This document shows positions 39,201 to 47,804 of a stretch of DNA of 64,000 bases, in pieces. The notes under the pieces are model-generated. The model did no database searches. It was not told the origin of the DNA and saw only the letters and a list, made by a program, of their open reading frames with translations. Origin of the DNA: an uncultured delta proteobacterium (lineage in GTDB: Bacteria; Bdellovibrionota; FAC87; UBA2466). The stretch spans positions 864,001 through 928,000 of the forward strand of contig CAVZSV010000004.1 in assembly GCA_963778115.1 (NCBI GenBank), in the 5' to 3' direction. Position numbers and translations under genes: made by a program. Position 1 is the stretch's first letter; the number at the start of each line of letters is the position of its first letter.

Positions 39201-41065
39201 CTTACTCCACGATTGGTTCGGCGAGCTCTTATCCTATTTCGGGTTTAACTAGCCAAACTTACGCGGTCCGGCTTTGCGCGGTAACCAGCGGTGATACTTC
39301 CATGTCGTCGGGTATCACCACTGTCTTTACTCCAAATCCAGTCGAATACATTTTCGTTACGAGTGGGACCTATACCGGAAATCTCGGTGGATTGAGCGGG
39401 GCAGACACTATTTGTAACACTGAAGCGGCAAGTGCGGGGCTCAGTGGAACTTGGAAAGCTATCCTCTCAACGTCGAGTACCAACGCGAACACCGGGGTCG
39501 GTGGCGACAACGGCCAGGGAGTGACCATCTCTTATGACGTCTACGACACCTTGAACAATTTGATAGCGAACGGCCCCCTTACCTTCTGGGACGGCACCCA
39601 TAGTGCGCCAATTTCTTACCATGCGGACGGATCGGGGTTGGGCGGCAGCACCTCCGTCTGGACCGGTTCGGGTAATAATGGCGGCGATTGGGCCTATCCG
39701 GATTGCGGGTACTCTAGTTGCGACTGTAACGGTTGGACTTCGAATAGCGCTTCGATCGTTGGGCAAACGGGATCCTCGGGAAGCGAGTCGAGCGATTGGA
39801 TAAATCAATCTAGTAGCGCTTGTAATACTTCGCAGCCTCTTTACTGCGTCAGCGTTTACACTCCGCCCACGGCGGCTTCGGCATGTTCCTCCTCGGGTTC
39901 CATCTGCACCATCATAGGTAATACCAGTCTTAAGAATACGTCCTCGGGTGACGGCGGTGCGGCTACAAGCGCTGGTCTAAACGTTCCTTGGGGGATCGCG
40001 GTCAATACTTCAGGAGATGTATATTTCACTGAACATACTACCCTGCGAATGGTCCCGGCCGCCTCAGGCACGTACTTCGGACAAGCCATGACAGGCGGAA
40101 ACATCTACACTATCGCAGGCGGTGGCAGTTCGTTTGGAAACAACATCCTTGCCACAACGGCCGAACTGTCTGCCCCGTATCAGGTTGCCCTTGATACCGC
40201 CGGAAATGTGTACTTCAACGACTGGGGTCTAGGCACCGTTCGTATGATTCCCGCGACATCGGGAACGTACTTCGGGCAAACGATGACGGCAAATTACATC
40301 TATACCATCGCCGGCAGTGGAGGGGGCGAATATACGAATGCCCTTGGTGCCCTGGCCACAACGCAACCTTTGGAACCCGATAACGTGACGCTCGATAGCT
40401 CCGGGAACGTGTATATCGCCGACGACTTTGGATTCGTCTACATGGTGCCCGCAAGCTCCGGAACCTATTACGGCCAATCGATGACAGCGGCTCACATCTA
40501 TGTGATTGCCGGAAGTTATGACCTAGATGGGGCATATTCCAATTCCGTCCAAGCGACCTCCGCCAACTTGGATAACGCCCTAGTAGCCCTCGATCCTCTA
40601 GGTAACTTGTTCATTTCGAGCGGTTTCAGTGTCGTTCAAATGGTGCCGGTAAACTCCGGGACCAATTTTGGCATTAGCATGACCTCAGAATATCTCTATA
40701 CCATTATTGGAGCTGAAAGTGAGACGGGAGGATACAGCGGAGACGGAGGGGCCGCAACGAGTGCCCTTATCAACAATCCTTGGATCAACATGGACAGTTC
40801 GGGAAACTTATTTATCGGAGACTCCGATAACCAAGTGATTCGAATGGTTCCTGCAAGCTCCGGAACGTACTATGGCCAGTCCATGACCGCCCATGACATC
40901 TATACGATTGCCGGAAACTATGCTTCGGGGATCGGTTATTCTGGCGATGGAGGGGCGGCGACGAGCGCCCAGCTAAATTATCCGCGTTTCACCGCTAAGG
41001 ACGGCGCCGGCAACCTCTATATCGTGGATGCGGCGGATGGGGTTATTCGGATGGTGAAGCACTAA
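33260..41065 (+). CDS. Giant secreted surface protein: 7 x (FN3-like + DUF1554-like) modules and C-terminal NHL-type repeats
   Basis: Signal peptide; GLTAGTQYSFRLCAVN (FN3); FVT..YTGN...AD..C...WKA..S...WTGS..C.DW...LYC (DUF1554); GYSGDGGAATSA (NHL). Confidence 0.85.
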   Translation: MFKLSKLLVLLFACLISVSALADTLSSGWDFSVACYPYGTTGSGSFEFSCPTLDGSSGTCGRTSTEFTQLSLGSSYTGTGNPQSTTVYAVQTGDVLIVPPILSTEYEPIFSVSTAALTTGTYQANWINVQWDTGTATLTDNYLIGTASVNPATGAGGNGVVLTGQWDINGSVYWSSTVNMPGTWGSGDSAGVYTASGGGGDLEGTAYFTAAGAGAFKTSPGRATFFFPQQNLVLSTIGSTTFAGIMYDANSSDAVKNMQVVSNSAGTSFTSRPYSNPSTGTIDSSFTDTISFTSTNTPANGMFLGTVTRTGTGAGTGNIACIANTVDNIRVICSGQSPSNNSIPFTLSFSFTPVPYFSGSPVIGTVTGSSIQITWDSGGGDPNGYQIVYNTGSTPPSDCSTGTVISSSQIGSATSYVVSGLNGGTEYSFQICAIDNAGNPDPANSEIVSATTESASQYLFVTQNAYTGNMESVYWADFDCQQEAISNGLSGTWKALLSTSTSVANSRINITGPVYNLYSGGSQELVTGEIGFWSGSLSAYPNFYANGNYAYQGIWTGSNNDGSLSSNGNCTDWTSTSGNAEYGNSNTTSNWLAWGAPGCGSSLHLYCVNGQSSSGTPNDPSNLTYLYADTSMNFSWNTGGGTTAGYKIAYQTGATAPSDCSSGTVVTSTTIGHNTSYIVTGLTAGTQYSFRLCAVNSDSSAASAGITTTLTTNSESQVQHLFVTQGAYTGNMQSVYWADYACQQEAINNSLTGTWRALLSTTGAAANSRISTTYAIYNTNGSGNQLLAFSGSDLWTGNARANPNFYANGSYAYQGIWTGSNNDGSLSSNGNCSDWTTTSGNAEYGNSNTPTNWLTWGTPGCGASLHLYCVSGQASSGTPTPPSSLSDTLSDTSINFSWNAGGGTTAGYQIAYQAGATPPANCNSGTVISSASIGHNTSYIVTGLTAGTQYSFIVCSVNSDSTLDSTGITATLTTNSSSQIQHMFVTANAYTGNMESVYWADFYCQQDAINNGYTGTWKALVSTTSTNANSRITTNYATYNTYGSGNQLLAYSGSDMWSGNLRNSPNYYANGSYAYQSLWTGSNSDGSLSSNGNCSDWTTTSGSGQYGNSNSSSASWISNGTPGCGSSMHLYCVSGQASSGTPNNPSNLTYTYADTSMNFSWTNGGGTTAGYVIAYQTGATAPSNCASGTVVASSTIGHSNQYIVTGLTAGTQYSFRLCAVNSDSTAASTGITATLTTNSSTQIQHMFVTASGYTGNMESVYWADFYCQQDALNNGYTGTWKALLSTSTANANSRITTNYATYNTYGSGNQLLAYSGSDMWSGNLRNSPNFYANGNAAYAGVWTGSNSDGSLSSNGDCTDWTTTSGGAQYGASLTSTSGWISNGTPNCNNGSMHLYCVSGQASSGTPNNPSNLTYTYADTSMNFSWTNGGGTTAGYVIAYQTGATAPSNCASGTVVASSTIGHSNQYIVTGLTAGTQYSFRLCAVNSDSTAASTGITATLTTNSSTQIQHMFVTASGYTGNMESVYWADFYCQQDALNNGYTGTWKALLSTSTANANSRITTNYATYNTYGSGNQLLAYSGSDMWSGNLRNSPNFYANGNAAYAGVWTGSNSDGSLSSNGDCTDWTTTSGGAQYGASLTSTSGWISNGTPNCNNGSMHLYCVSGQASSGTPNNPSNLTYTYADTSMNFSWTNGGGTTAGYVIAYQAGDTAPSNCASGTVISSSTIGHNTAYILTGLTAGVQYSFRLCAVNSDSTAASTGITATLTTESESQLEHLFVTANGYNGDLGGQSGADSICMTEASTASLSGTWKAVLSTTSVNAQSYISTSYAIYNMNNQLLAYSGNDMWSGNLRANPNYYPNGSAAYAGVWTGSNSNGTLSSNGNCSDWSTTSGGGQYGASSTSGSGWLSNGTPNCNNGSLHLYCISGQSSSASLNDPSNLSSTPSDFGVTLNWTSGGGSTAAFQIAYQTGATPPSDCNSGTVISYSTIGSASSYPISGLTSQTYAVRLCAVTSGDTSMSSGITTVFTPNPVEYIFVTSGTYTGNLGGLSGADTICNTEAASAGLSGTWKAILSTSSTNANTGVGGDNGQGVTISYDVYDTLNNLIANGPLTFWDGTHSAPISYHADGSGLGGSTSVWTGSGNNGGDWAYPDCGYSSCDCNGWTSNSASIVGQTGSSGSESSDWINQSSSACNTSQPLYCVSVYTPPTAASACSSSGSICTIIGNTSLKNTSSGDGGAATSAGLNVPWGIAVNTSGDVYFTEHTTLRMVPAASGTYFGQAMTGGNIYTIAGGGSSFGNNILATTAELSAPYQVALDTAGNVYFNDWGLGTVRMIPATSGTYFGQTMTANYIYTIAGSGGGEYTNALGALATTQPLEPDNVTLDSSGNVYIADDFGFVYMVPASSGTYYGQSMTAAHIYVIAGSYDLDGAYSNSVQATSANLDNALVALDPLGNLFISSGFSVVQMVPVNSGTNFGISMTSEYLYTIIGAESETGGYSGDGGAATSALINNPWINMDSSGNLFIGDSDNQVIRMVPASSGTYYGQSMTAHDIYTIAGNYASGIGYSGDGGAATSAQLNYPRFTAKDGAGNLYIVDAADGVIRMVKH
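36653..38371 (+). repeat. Near-perfect 792-bp tandem duplication (about 2.2 units)
   Basis: Units start at 36653, 37445 and 38237; only difference spotted is C/T at 37069/37861. Confidence 0.9.
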
Positions 41066-41080
41066 CCCTCTACTTTGCTT

Positions 41081-41998
41081 CTAAAGCTTGTTATCTAGTT
41101 TTCCGGGCCAAGGCCTGAGGATCTTGCTCTCTTCGAAGACTTGCGTGAGATAAGTACCGTAGCTGCTCTTGGCATAAGACTCCGCACACTTTAGAAGCTG
41201 GGTTCCGTCGATAAATCCGTTATTGAAAGCGATCTCTTCGATGCAAGCGACCTTAAGCCCTTGTCTTGCCTCTATCGTCTGCACAAACTGAGAGGCGGCT
41301 AATAAAGAATCATACGTGCCGCTGTCTAGCCAAGCGACCCCTCGTCCTAATAACTCCACCGAAAGTGTCTTTTCTTTAAGATATCTAAGATTGAGGTCGG
41401 TGATTTCAAGTTCTCCGCGAGCCGAAGGCTTTAACTCTCGCGCGTACTTCACGACATGACTATCGTAGAAGTAAAGTCCGACGACGGCCCATGCACTGCG
41501 TGGAGCCTTGGGTTTTTCTTCAAGACTTACCGCCTTCGCCTTATCATCGAATTCAACGACCCCGTAAGCTTCGGGATTGTTGACGTGGTAAGCAAAGATG
41601 CGAGCCCCCTCGTTGAGGCCTAAAGACGCCGCTTTGGTTACTTTCGCCGCCAATTCCGCCCCGTAAAAAATATTGTCACCCAAGATCAAACACACCGGCG
41701 AATTATCTATAAAGTCGGCGGCAATTAGAAAAGCCTGTGCAATTCCCTCAGGCTTTTTTTGCTCCGCATAGGAGAATTTAATACCGATAGTAGTGCCGTC
41801 TCCCAAGAGCTCCTTAATAATAGGAAGGTCCCTAGGAGTACTAATAATAAGAATGTCGCGAATTCCACCCAACATTAAGGTCGATAGCGGATAATAGATA
41901 GTGGGCTTATCGTAGATAGGTAGTAACTGCTTGCTCAAACACTTGGTAAGTGGGTAGAGCCTAGTGCCGCTTCCCCCCGCTAAGATAATCCCTTTCAT
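41081..41998 (-). CDS. rfbA: Glucose-1-phosphate thymidylyltransferase
   Basis: MKGIILAGGSGTRLYP, SKQLLPIYDKP, PSARGELEITD. Confidence 0.97.
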   Translation of the reverse strand: MKGIILAGGSGTRLYPLTKCLSKQLLPIYDKPTIYYPLSTLMLGGIRDILIISTPRDLPIIKELLGDGTTIGIKFSYAEQKKPEGIAQAFLIAADFIDNSPVCLILGDNIFYGAELAAKVTKAASLGLNEGARIFAYHVNNPEAYGVVEFDDKAKAVSLEEKPKAPRSAWAVVGLYFYDSHVVKYARELKPSARGELEITDLNLRYLKEKTLSVELLGRGVAWLDSGTYDSLLAASQFVQTIEARQGLKVACIEEIAFNNGFIDGTQLLKCAESYAKSSYGTYLTQVFEESKILRPWPGKLDNKL

Positions 41999-43026
41999 TC
42001 GGCCCCCTTTGCCAAGACTTTGTTTACCCAACTCTCGTTGTCTAAATACCACCGCACGGTATCGGCGAGTCCTGATTCAAAAACATACTCGCGAGTGAAG
42101 CCTAATTCTCGTTCCGCTTTGCTGTCGTCTATCGCATAACGTAAGTCGTGTCCAAGCCGGTCGGTCACAAAAGAAATTCCCTTCGAATAGGAGGTTCCAT
42201 CCGAACGAGGACGTAGCGTATCCAGGTGACGACAGATGTCTTTGACGACGTCGAGATTATTGCGCTCGGCTTTTCCACCGAAACAGTACGTTTCTCCGCT
42301 ACGCCCTCGCTCTAAAGCAAGCAGCAGTCCCCGCGCATGATCTTTGACATGGATCCAATCTCGAATGTTACCGCCATTTCCATAGACCGGTAGCGGTTTG
42401 CCCTTTAAAGCACACTGAATCATGTGAGGAATTAACTTCTCTGGATATTGTCTCGGTCCATAGTTATTGGAACAGTTCGTCGTAATAGTAGGAAGTCCAT
42501 AGGTGTGATGCCACGCCCGTGTCAGAAAATCGGCTGAAGCTTTGGAAGCAGAGTAAGGAGAATTCGGCGCCATCGGAGTTGTCTCGCTAAACTTACCCGT
42601 TGCGCCCAACGAACCGTAGACTTCATCGGTAGAGATCTGAATATAGCGAAAATCGTCTCGAACTTTTCCTGAAAGACCCGTCCAATAGTCTAAGCAGCTA
42701 TTAAGGAGGTTAAAGGTGCCTCCAATATTGGTTTCAATAAAAGCCGCTGGGCCCGATATCGAACGATCTACATGACTCTCAGCGGCGAAATTGATAACGG
42801 CTATGGGTTTGTGGTGTCTTAAGAGATCCGGAACGTGTTTGGAATCCGAAATATTTCCTTGGACGAGCTCCCATCCAGAACGCGGAACTTTCTCCAAATT
42901 CTCCTTATGGCCGGCGTAGGTCAAAGCGTCGAGAACGACACAGTGGTATCCGCGCAGTACAGCCTCTTCGACGAAATTGCTTCCGATAAATCCCGCTCCC
43001 CCCGTTACAAGAAGTGTCTGTGCCAT
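41995..43026 (-). CDS. rfbB: dTDP-glucose 4,6-dehydratase
   Basis: TGGAGFIGSNF, AAESHVDRSI, STDEVYG, NSPYSASKA, GHDLRYAID. Confidence 0.97.
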   Translation of the reverse strand: MAQTLLVTGGAGFIGSNFVEEAVLRGYHCVVLDALTYAGHKENLEKVPRSGWELVQGNISDSKHVPDLLRHHKPIAVINFAAESHVDRSISGPAAFIETNIGGTFNLLNSCLDYWTGLSGKVRDDFRYIQISTDEVYGSLGATGKFSETTPMAPNSPYSASKASADFLTRAWHHTYGLPTITTNCSNNYGPRQYPEKLIPHMIQCALKGKPLPVYGNGGNIRDWIHVKDHARGLLLALERGRSGETYCFGGKAERNNLDVVKDICRHLDTLRPRSDGTSYSKGISFVTDRLGHDLRYAIDDSKAERELGFTREYVFESGLADTVRWYLDNESWVNKVLAKGAE

Positions 43027-43179
43027 GCCTCTGAATTACCCGTAATTGGCTGAGCAGGCAACGCTTTCGCGCAGAGGGGGGGTGGGGCTTAAAACATAGG
43101 TTTTCCTTAAGGGGAAAGCGTGATTTGATGCCTGGTCGAATAGGTGACGACGATATTTTGCGATCCCAAGGAGGCCCCC

Positions 43180-44070
43180 ATGCATACCCTGACGTTTCAG
43201 AAATTAAGCCACTTGCTGATTTTCACGATTATTTGCCTAATGCCAGCAAAGGGGGCTTTCGGCGCCGATACTCCTGTTATCTCAAAAGGGCCGATCCTGA
43301 TAGTACTCTCCGCAGAGTCTCACATCACGCTAAAGGGAAATAAGAAACACCCCACTGGATTTTATTTGAATGAGTTGGCGGTTCCGCTCAAACAGATGGT
43401 GGATAATGGCTTTACTCCCGTTTTCGCCACCCCAAAGGGCAAAATTCCTGTGATGGACAAGCATTCGGATAACGCCTCGGTATTTGGCGGCGATCAAGAT
43501 CGCTATGCGAGCATGAAGGAGTTTCTGAGCAAAGAAGAGGGGCTAAAACATCCTCACCCCTTAAGTGAAATCGCTTCCGGGGATTTGAGCCAATACCGTG
43601 GAATCTTTGTGCCCGGCGGACACGCTCCCATGCAAGATCTGTGGAAAGATCCCAACTTGGGCAAGATCTTGACCTATTTCCACGACAAGCACATACCCAC
43701 GGGCCTCATTTGCCATGGAACTATAGCTCTCTTGTCGTCGCTGGATGATCCCACCCAGTTTTTGAAATCAGTGGAAAAGGCCCCCGCGGGTGCGAGCCCC
43801 AAGAATGCTTGGATTTACGACGGGTATCGAATGACCGTTTTCAGCATTCCCGAGGAACGCGATGCCCAGAAGAATATGCTCAAAGGGGAGGTGAAATTTT
43901 TTCCCGAAGACGCGCTCACCCAAGCTGGTGGCAAAGTGATGACAGGCCCCAAATGGCAAAGTTATGTTATCCACGATCGCGAATTGGTCACCGGCCAAAA
44001 TCCCAATTCGGACCAAGAATTTGGAAAGATCTTTCTTGAAATGCTAAAAAGCTCCGAAAGCAAATCCTAA
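43180..44070 (+). CDS. DJ-1/PfpI (Hsp31-like) family protein with signal peptide
   Basis: TGFYLNEL, PGGHAPM, ICHG and VTGQNPNS motifs. Confidence 0.88.
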   Translation: MHTLTFQKLSHLLIFTIICLMPAKGAFGADTPVISKGPILIVLSAESHITLKGNKKHPTGFYLNELAVPLKQMVDNGFTPVFATPKGKIPVMDKHSDNASVFGGDQDRYASMKEFLSKEEGLKHPHPLSEIASGDLSQYRGIFVPGGHAPMQDLWKDPNLGKILTYFHDKHIPTGLICHGTIALLSSLDDPTQFLKSVEKAPAGASPKNAWIYDGYRMTVFSIPEERDAQKNMLKGEVKFFPEDALTQAGGKVMTGPKWQSYVIHDRELVTGQNPNSDQEFGKIFLEMLKSSESKS

Positions 44071-44083
44071 GACAAGGTCTTAA

Positions 44084-45508
44084 GTGCTTTTTAATTCCTA
44101 CGAGTTCATTTTTGCGTTCTTGCCCGTCGTGCTCGTGGGGTTTTACTTATTCTCCCAATTCACCACCTACCGTTTCGCAAGGTGGTGGCTTGTGGCAAGT
44201 TCCCTTTTCTTCTATGGATGGTGGAAGCCAATCTACCTTCCGCTCCTCGTTACTTCAGCGATAGTGAACTATCTCATAGGAACGACGCTGGGAAAGCGGC
44301 ACTTTATCCATACCTCAGCTCGCAAGACGCTTCTCATTTTGGGAATCACAGGCAACCTCTCCCTTTTGGGCTACTTCAAATACACGAACTTCTTTCTACA
44401 AACGGCAAACAGCCTGTTAGGACTTCAACTGCCCTACTTGCCCATCATTCTTCCGCTTGCGATCAGTTTTTTTACTTTTCAAAAGATTGGATACCTCGTC
44501 GATAGTTATTACCGCAAGACCGAAGGCTATGCTTTTTCAAACTACCTGCTCTTCGTTAGTTTTTTCCCGCAACTTATAGCGGGCCCTATCGTTCACCACA
44601 AAGAAATTATCACGCAATTTGAAAAGCCAGCGACCTACCAACGTCATTGGGAACACTTAGCGAAAGGGCTCTCCGTTTTTCTTATCGGACTAGCTAAGAA
44701 AACGGCCATTGCCGATACCTTGGCGGTTTGGGCGACCAACGGATTCGACCATTTAGTGGTGGTAAGCCCACTTCAGGCGTGGACGTCCACACTCTGCTAT
44801 ACTCTGCAACTCTATTTTGACTTTAGTGGCTATACGGATATGGCAATCGGAGCTGCGCTTCTTTTTAACATTAGGCTCCCCGAAAACTTTGATTCCCCTT
44901 ACCAAGCTAATCACATTCGAGAATTTTGGCGAAAGTGGCATATGACGTTAAGTCGATTTCTTCGTGATTATGTTTACATTCCTTTGGGAGGAAATCGAGC
45001 AAGTGGGGTAAGAAGTGCCGCCAACATGATCCTTACTTTCTTGATCGGAGGATGGTGGCACGGGGCCGCCTGGACCTTTGTCGTCTGGGGACTTTATCAC
45101 GGTGTCGGAATCGTAATCCAATCGAGCTGGGAAAAGTTCCACCGTCCCCTGCCCCCCTGGTTGGCACGCTCCGTCACCTTTATTTTCGTTCTCGTGGGCT
45201 GGGTATTTTTCCGTGCAAAGTCGTGGGATGTTGCGGTTCGGTTTCTTAAGGCGATGGTGGGGTGGGCGCCTAACGCTTCGGGGGGACTCCTTTGGCTAAA
45301 TAGCGACCCCAATAATTCCCTGGAATTTGCAACGACTCTGCTGATTCTAGTCATGGGTATTCTCATCGTCTTTTTGGGACCTAATACGCGAAATATTCAG
45401 GCCAGGCTGCGCCCGACTTGGAGGGCTGCCGCTTTCGTCTCAGGAGCATCCCTAATGGCGCTTGTTTGCAGCCATCACGTGTCTGAGTTCTTGTATTTTA
45501 ATTTTTGA
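44084..45508 (+). CDS. MBOAT O-acyltransferase (AlgI/DltB/PatA family)
   Basis: MLFNS, PLAISFFTFQ, FFPQLIAGPI, DFSGYTDMA, FWRKWH, GWWHGA, FLYFNF. Confidence 0.95.
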   Translation: MLFNSYEFIFAFLPVVLVGFYLFSQFTTYRFARWWLVASSLFFYGWWKPIYLPLLVTSAIVNYLIGTTLGKRHFIHTSARKTLLILGITGNLSLLGYFKYTNFFLQTANSLLGLQLPYLPIILPLAISFFTFQKIGYLVDSYYRKTEGYAFSNYLLFVSFFPQLIAGPIVHHKEIITQFEKPATYQRHWEHLAKGLSVFLIGLAKKTAIADTLAVWATNGFDHLVVVSPLQAWTSTLCYTLQLYFDFSGYTDMAIGAALLFNIRLPENFDSPYQANHIREFWRKWHMTLSRFLRDYVYIPLGGNRASGVRSAANMILTFLIGGWWHGAAWTFVVWGLYHGVGIVIQSSWEKFHRPLPPWLARSVTFIFVLVGWVFFRAKSWDVAVRFLKAMVGWAPNASGGLLWLNSDPNNSLEFATTLLILVMGILIVFLGPNTRNIQARLRPTWRAAAFVSGASLMALVCSHHVSEFLYFNF

Positions 45509-46500
45509 GGTATCTTTTGGACCTGTGGAAAAAATGGATCTTTAAGTTTCTTCTCTCGTTATTGGTGGGACTTGTTATCCTGTTTGTCGGAGTGAATATT
45601 CTTATTGATCCCTACGCAGAATTCGGCCTCGTCCAAGGGCCACACAACAAGCGCCGCTATTTTCAGGATCATGAGACTGCCGCCTATCAAATGGCGCGAC
45701 GATTAGAGCAAAGCGACTATTCGCTTATCTTTGGCACCTCTCATTCCGCCATCCTCTCCGAGAAGCTTCTCGAAGAGAAGCTACTAAACCTATCGGTGTC
45801 GGTTTATGGTAACCCGACCGATGTCCTTTCTTTCCTCAAGGGGCTTTCTCCAAAAGCTTGGAAACACATTCGAAACGTATACTTTGACCTGGACTTTCAT
45901 ACCTTTACGGCTGTGAAGAGTGCTTACGATAAGGCTAACTTTTACTCACCACTCACCTATCTCTTCAAGACAGTCTCTGATTTGACTCTGGCAAAACTCG
46001 AAAGGTGCTTTTACACAATCCATCACAACTTAGGAAAACCGGCCGGTGCCTATCTCAATCCAAATGGAGAATTTGTATATAACGATGAGACCACCTTCGT
46101 TCCCGATCCTAGCGCCACAGAGAAAATTATCTTTACCCATAACACCCAGGCCTTCGAGTCATTAGGAGAGCTACACCGACTGCTTGCGGAACATCAGATT
46201 CCGGTCATCTACTTTAATACCGTCTTTTCCCGTCAGTTTTTGAATCGCGTGGATTGGGACTCTGTGAAAAAACAGTATGAAGGAATTTTGAATCAGATCC
46301 CCTTGTTCGTCTCTTTTCTCTACGTTCCCAAGTTTTCTAACTTTCCCAAGTACTTTCGAGATGAAACTCACCACAAATATGAGCTCGCTGAATGGGAGAT
46401 AGCCACTCTACGCCATCCTAAAGCGCGAGCCGCTTTTGAGTTAACTCGAGATAAAGTAACTAGTTATGTTAACGATCTTCGTGGAGAGCTCGCCAAATAG
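45505..46500 (+). CDS. Membrane-anchored partner of the MBOAT (SGNH/AlgJ/DltD-like)
   Basis: N-terminal TM then IDPY; IFGTSH; FRDETH (DxxH); overlaps MBOAT stop. Confidence 0.6.
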   Translation: MRYLLDLWKKWIFKFLLSLLVGLVILFVGVNILIDPYAEFGLVQGPHNKRRYFQDHETAAYQMARRLEQSDYSLIFGTSHSAILSEKLLEEKLLNLSVSVYGNPTDVLSFLKGLSPKAWKHIRNVYFDLDFHTFTAVKSAYDKANFYSPLTYLFKTVSDLTLAKLERCFYTIHHNLGKPAGAYLNPNGEFVYNDETTFVPDPSATEKIIFTHNTQAFESLGELHRLLAEHQIPVIYFNTVFSRQFLNRVDWDSVKKQYEGILNQIPLFVSFLYVPKFSNFPKYFRDETHHKYELAEWEIATLRHPKARAAFELTRDKVTSYVNDLRGELAK

Positions 46501-47804
46501 ACGATCAAAAAGATCGCAAGAAAGTAATAGTAGTTAGCGAAGGCCTGCTTCCCGAAGAGGAACACTACTCCCCATAAAATGGTCATGGAAGAGGCCCAAT
46601 GAACGAGAGTTCCCTCTCGTCGCCACAGATAAAGAAGCACAAGACCAAGCGTACTTGCGTATATTCCCAACACCAACTTGTTGGGAAGAAATAAATGCCA
46701 CCGATAAAATAACGCGACCAAGGAAAAGGAATCCGCTCGAAAGTTCTGAGATAGGATTTGACGTATCGTCGATTCATAGAAAGCAGCTGGGCTGCTTAAG
46801 GCCAAAGGAAGAATAAGCGCAAGACAAACGACGAGCGCAACCCCTAGAAAAATGATTATCCCTTTACCCTCTCGGCGCCGATACAACCAAAACGAAGTTA
46901 AGGGAATCACTAAAACCCCATATTGTTTGGCGGAGACTAGAAATCCCAAGGCAACACCAGCAAGAATCCAACGTCGGGATAGTAAGCCCAAGGCCATAAG
47001 CACGGCACCCATGCAGAGAAAAGGGTCCAACCAGGCCTCCTCCATGACAAAGAGGGAGATAGGAAAACAGAGCCAAACTAACGACACCCAGAGGGAAACA
47101 CTTGAAGTTCTGCCTAACCGTCGACATAACCCGTAAAGTCCCAGTGCGGTCACCGCGTCCGCGAACACAAGAGCATAACGGACGTCCCCGAAAACCAAAC
47201 GAAATAAGGTCATCAAATAGATGCCACCTGGAAAATAGGCGATGGCAGGATGGTAGTCGAAAGCGCCGTGGTAGATGTCGGGATAAACCTGTGCATAGAG
47301 ATTTCTTCCGGCTAGCAGATGATCCGCTCCCATCGTCAGTGTGACAAAGACGTCGATCTTAGGTTGGGGCGAAGCCATGGGAACCAAAACATGAGCAGCG
47401 AGGATGGCTAGGATGGCCACCGGGAGTCCCTTGGAAAGATAAGTGCTGCCCGATCGAATGCTAGGAAATAAGACGGGAACGGCAGCGACTACGATCGCCA
47501 CAAAGGCAGTGGCTAGCGACCATTCGATGAGGGTCATGGGGATTCCGGACTGGCCATACAGTACCCGTGGCTGATGCCATAGTTTGGCCGAAAATAAGAT
47601 CGCAATAAGCGCCCATAACGCGGCGGATATCTCCTTCGGCTGCGCCACGAATTGAGCCGCGACGAATAACAGAAAAAGGACAGAGCATTCGCAAACAAGG
47701 TCGGAACGGAAATGGCCGAGGCTCGAGGAAAGTGCAAATCCTAAAAATACAAACCAAAGCGGAGCCATCCAAGAAAGAAGAGGCGATTTCGATTTTGATC
47801 TCAT
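46464..47804 (-). CDS. Polytopic GT-C-type glycosyltransferase (GT87-like)
   Basis: Many TMs; IDVF, YFPG, GDVRY, KQYG and KQAFANYY motifs. Confidence 0.7.
   Translation of the reverse strand: MRSKSKSPLLSWMAPLWFVFLGFALSSSLGHFRSDLVCECSVLFLLFVAAQFVAQPKEISAALWALIAILFSAKLWHQPRVLYGQSGIPMTLIEWSLATAFVAIVVAAVPVLFPSIRSGSTYLSKGLPVAILAILAAHVLVPMASPQPKIDVFVTLTMGADHLLAGRNLYAQVYPDIYHGAFDYHPAIAYFPGGIYLMTLFRLVFGDVRYALVFADAVTALGLYGLCRRLGRTSSVSLWVSLVWLCFPISLFVMEEAWLDPFLCMGAVLMALGLLSRRWILAGVALGFLVSAKQYGVLVIPLTSFWLYRRREGKGIIIFLGVALVVCLALILPLALSSPAAFYESTIRQILSQNFRADSFSLVALFYRWHLFLPNKLVLGIYASTLGLVLLYLWRREGTLVHWASSMTILWGVVFLFGKQAFANYYYFLAIFLIVYLASSPRRSLT

Noticed and set aside
33260..41065. Diversity-generating retroelement acting on the lectin-like repeats
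   Set aside because: No reverse transcriptase in the window, all repeats are in-frame coding, and differences are not adenine-specific.
41081..43026. rfbBA without rfbC/rfbD
   Set aside because: Split rml loci are common and cannot be judged from one window.
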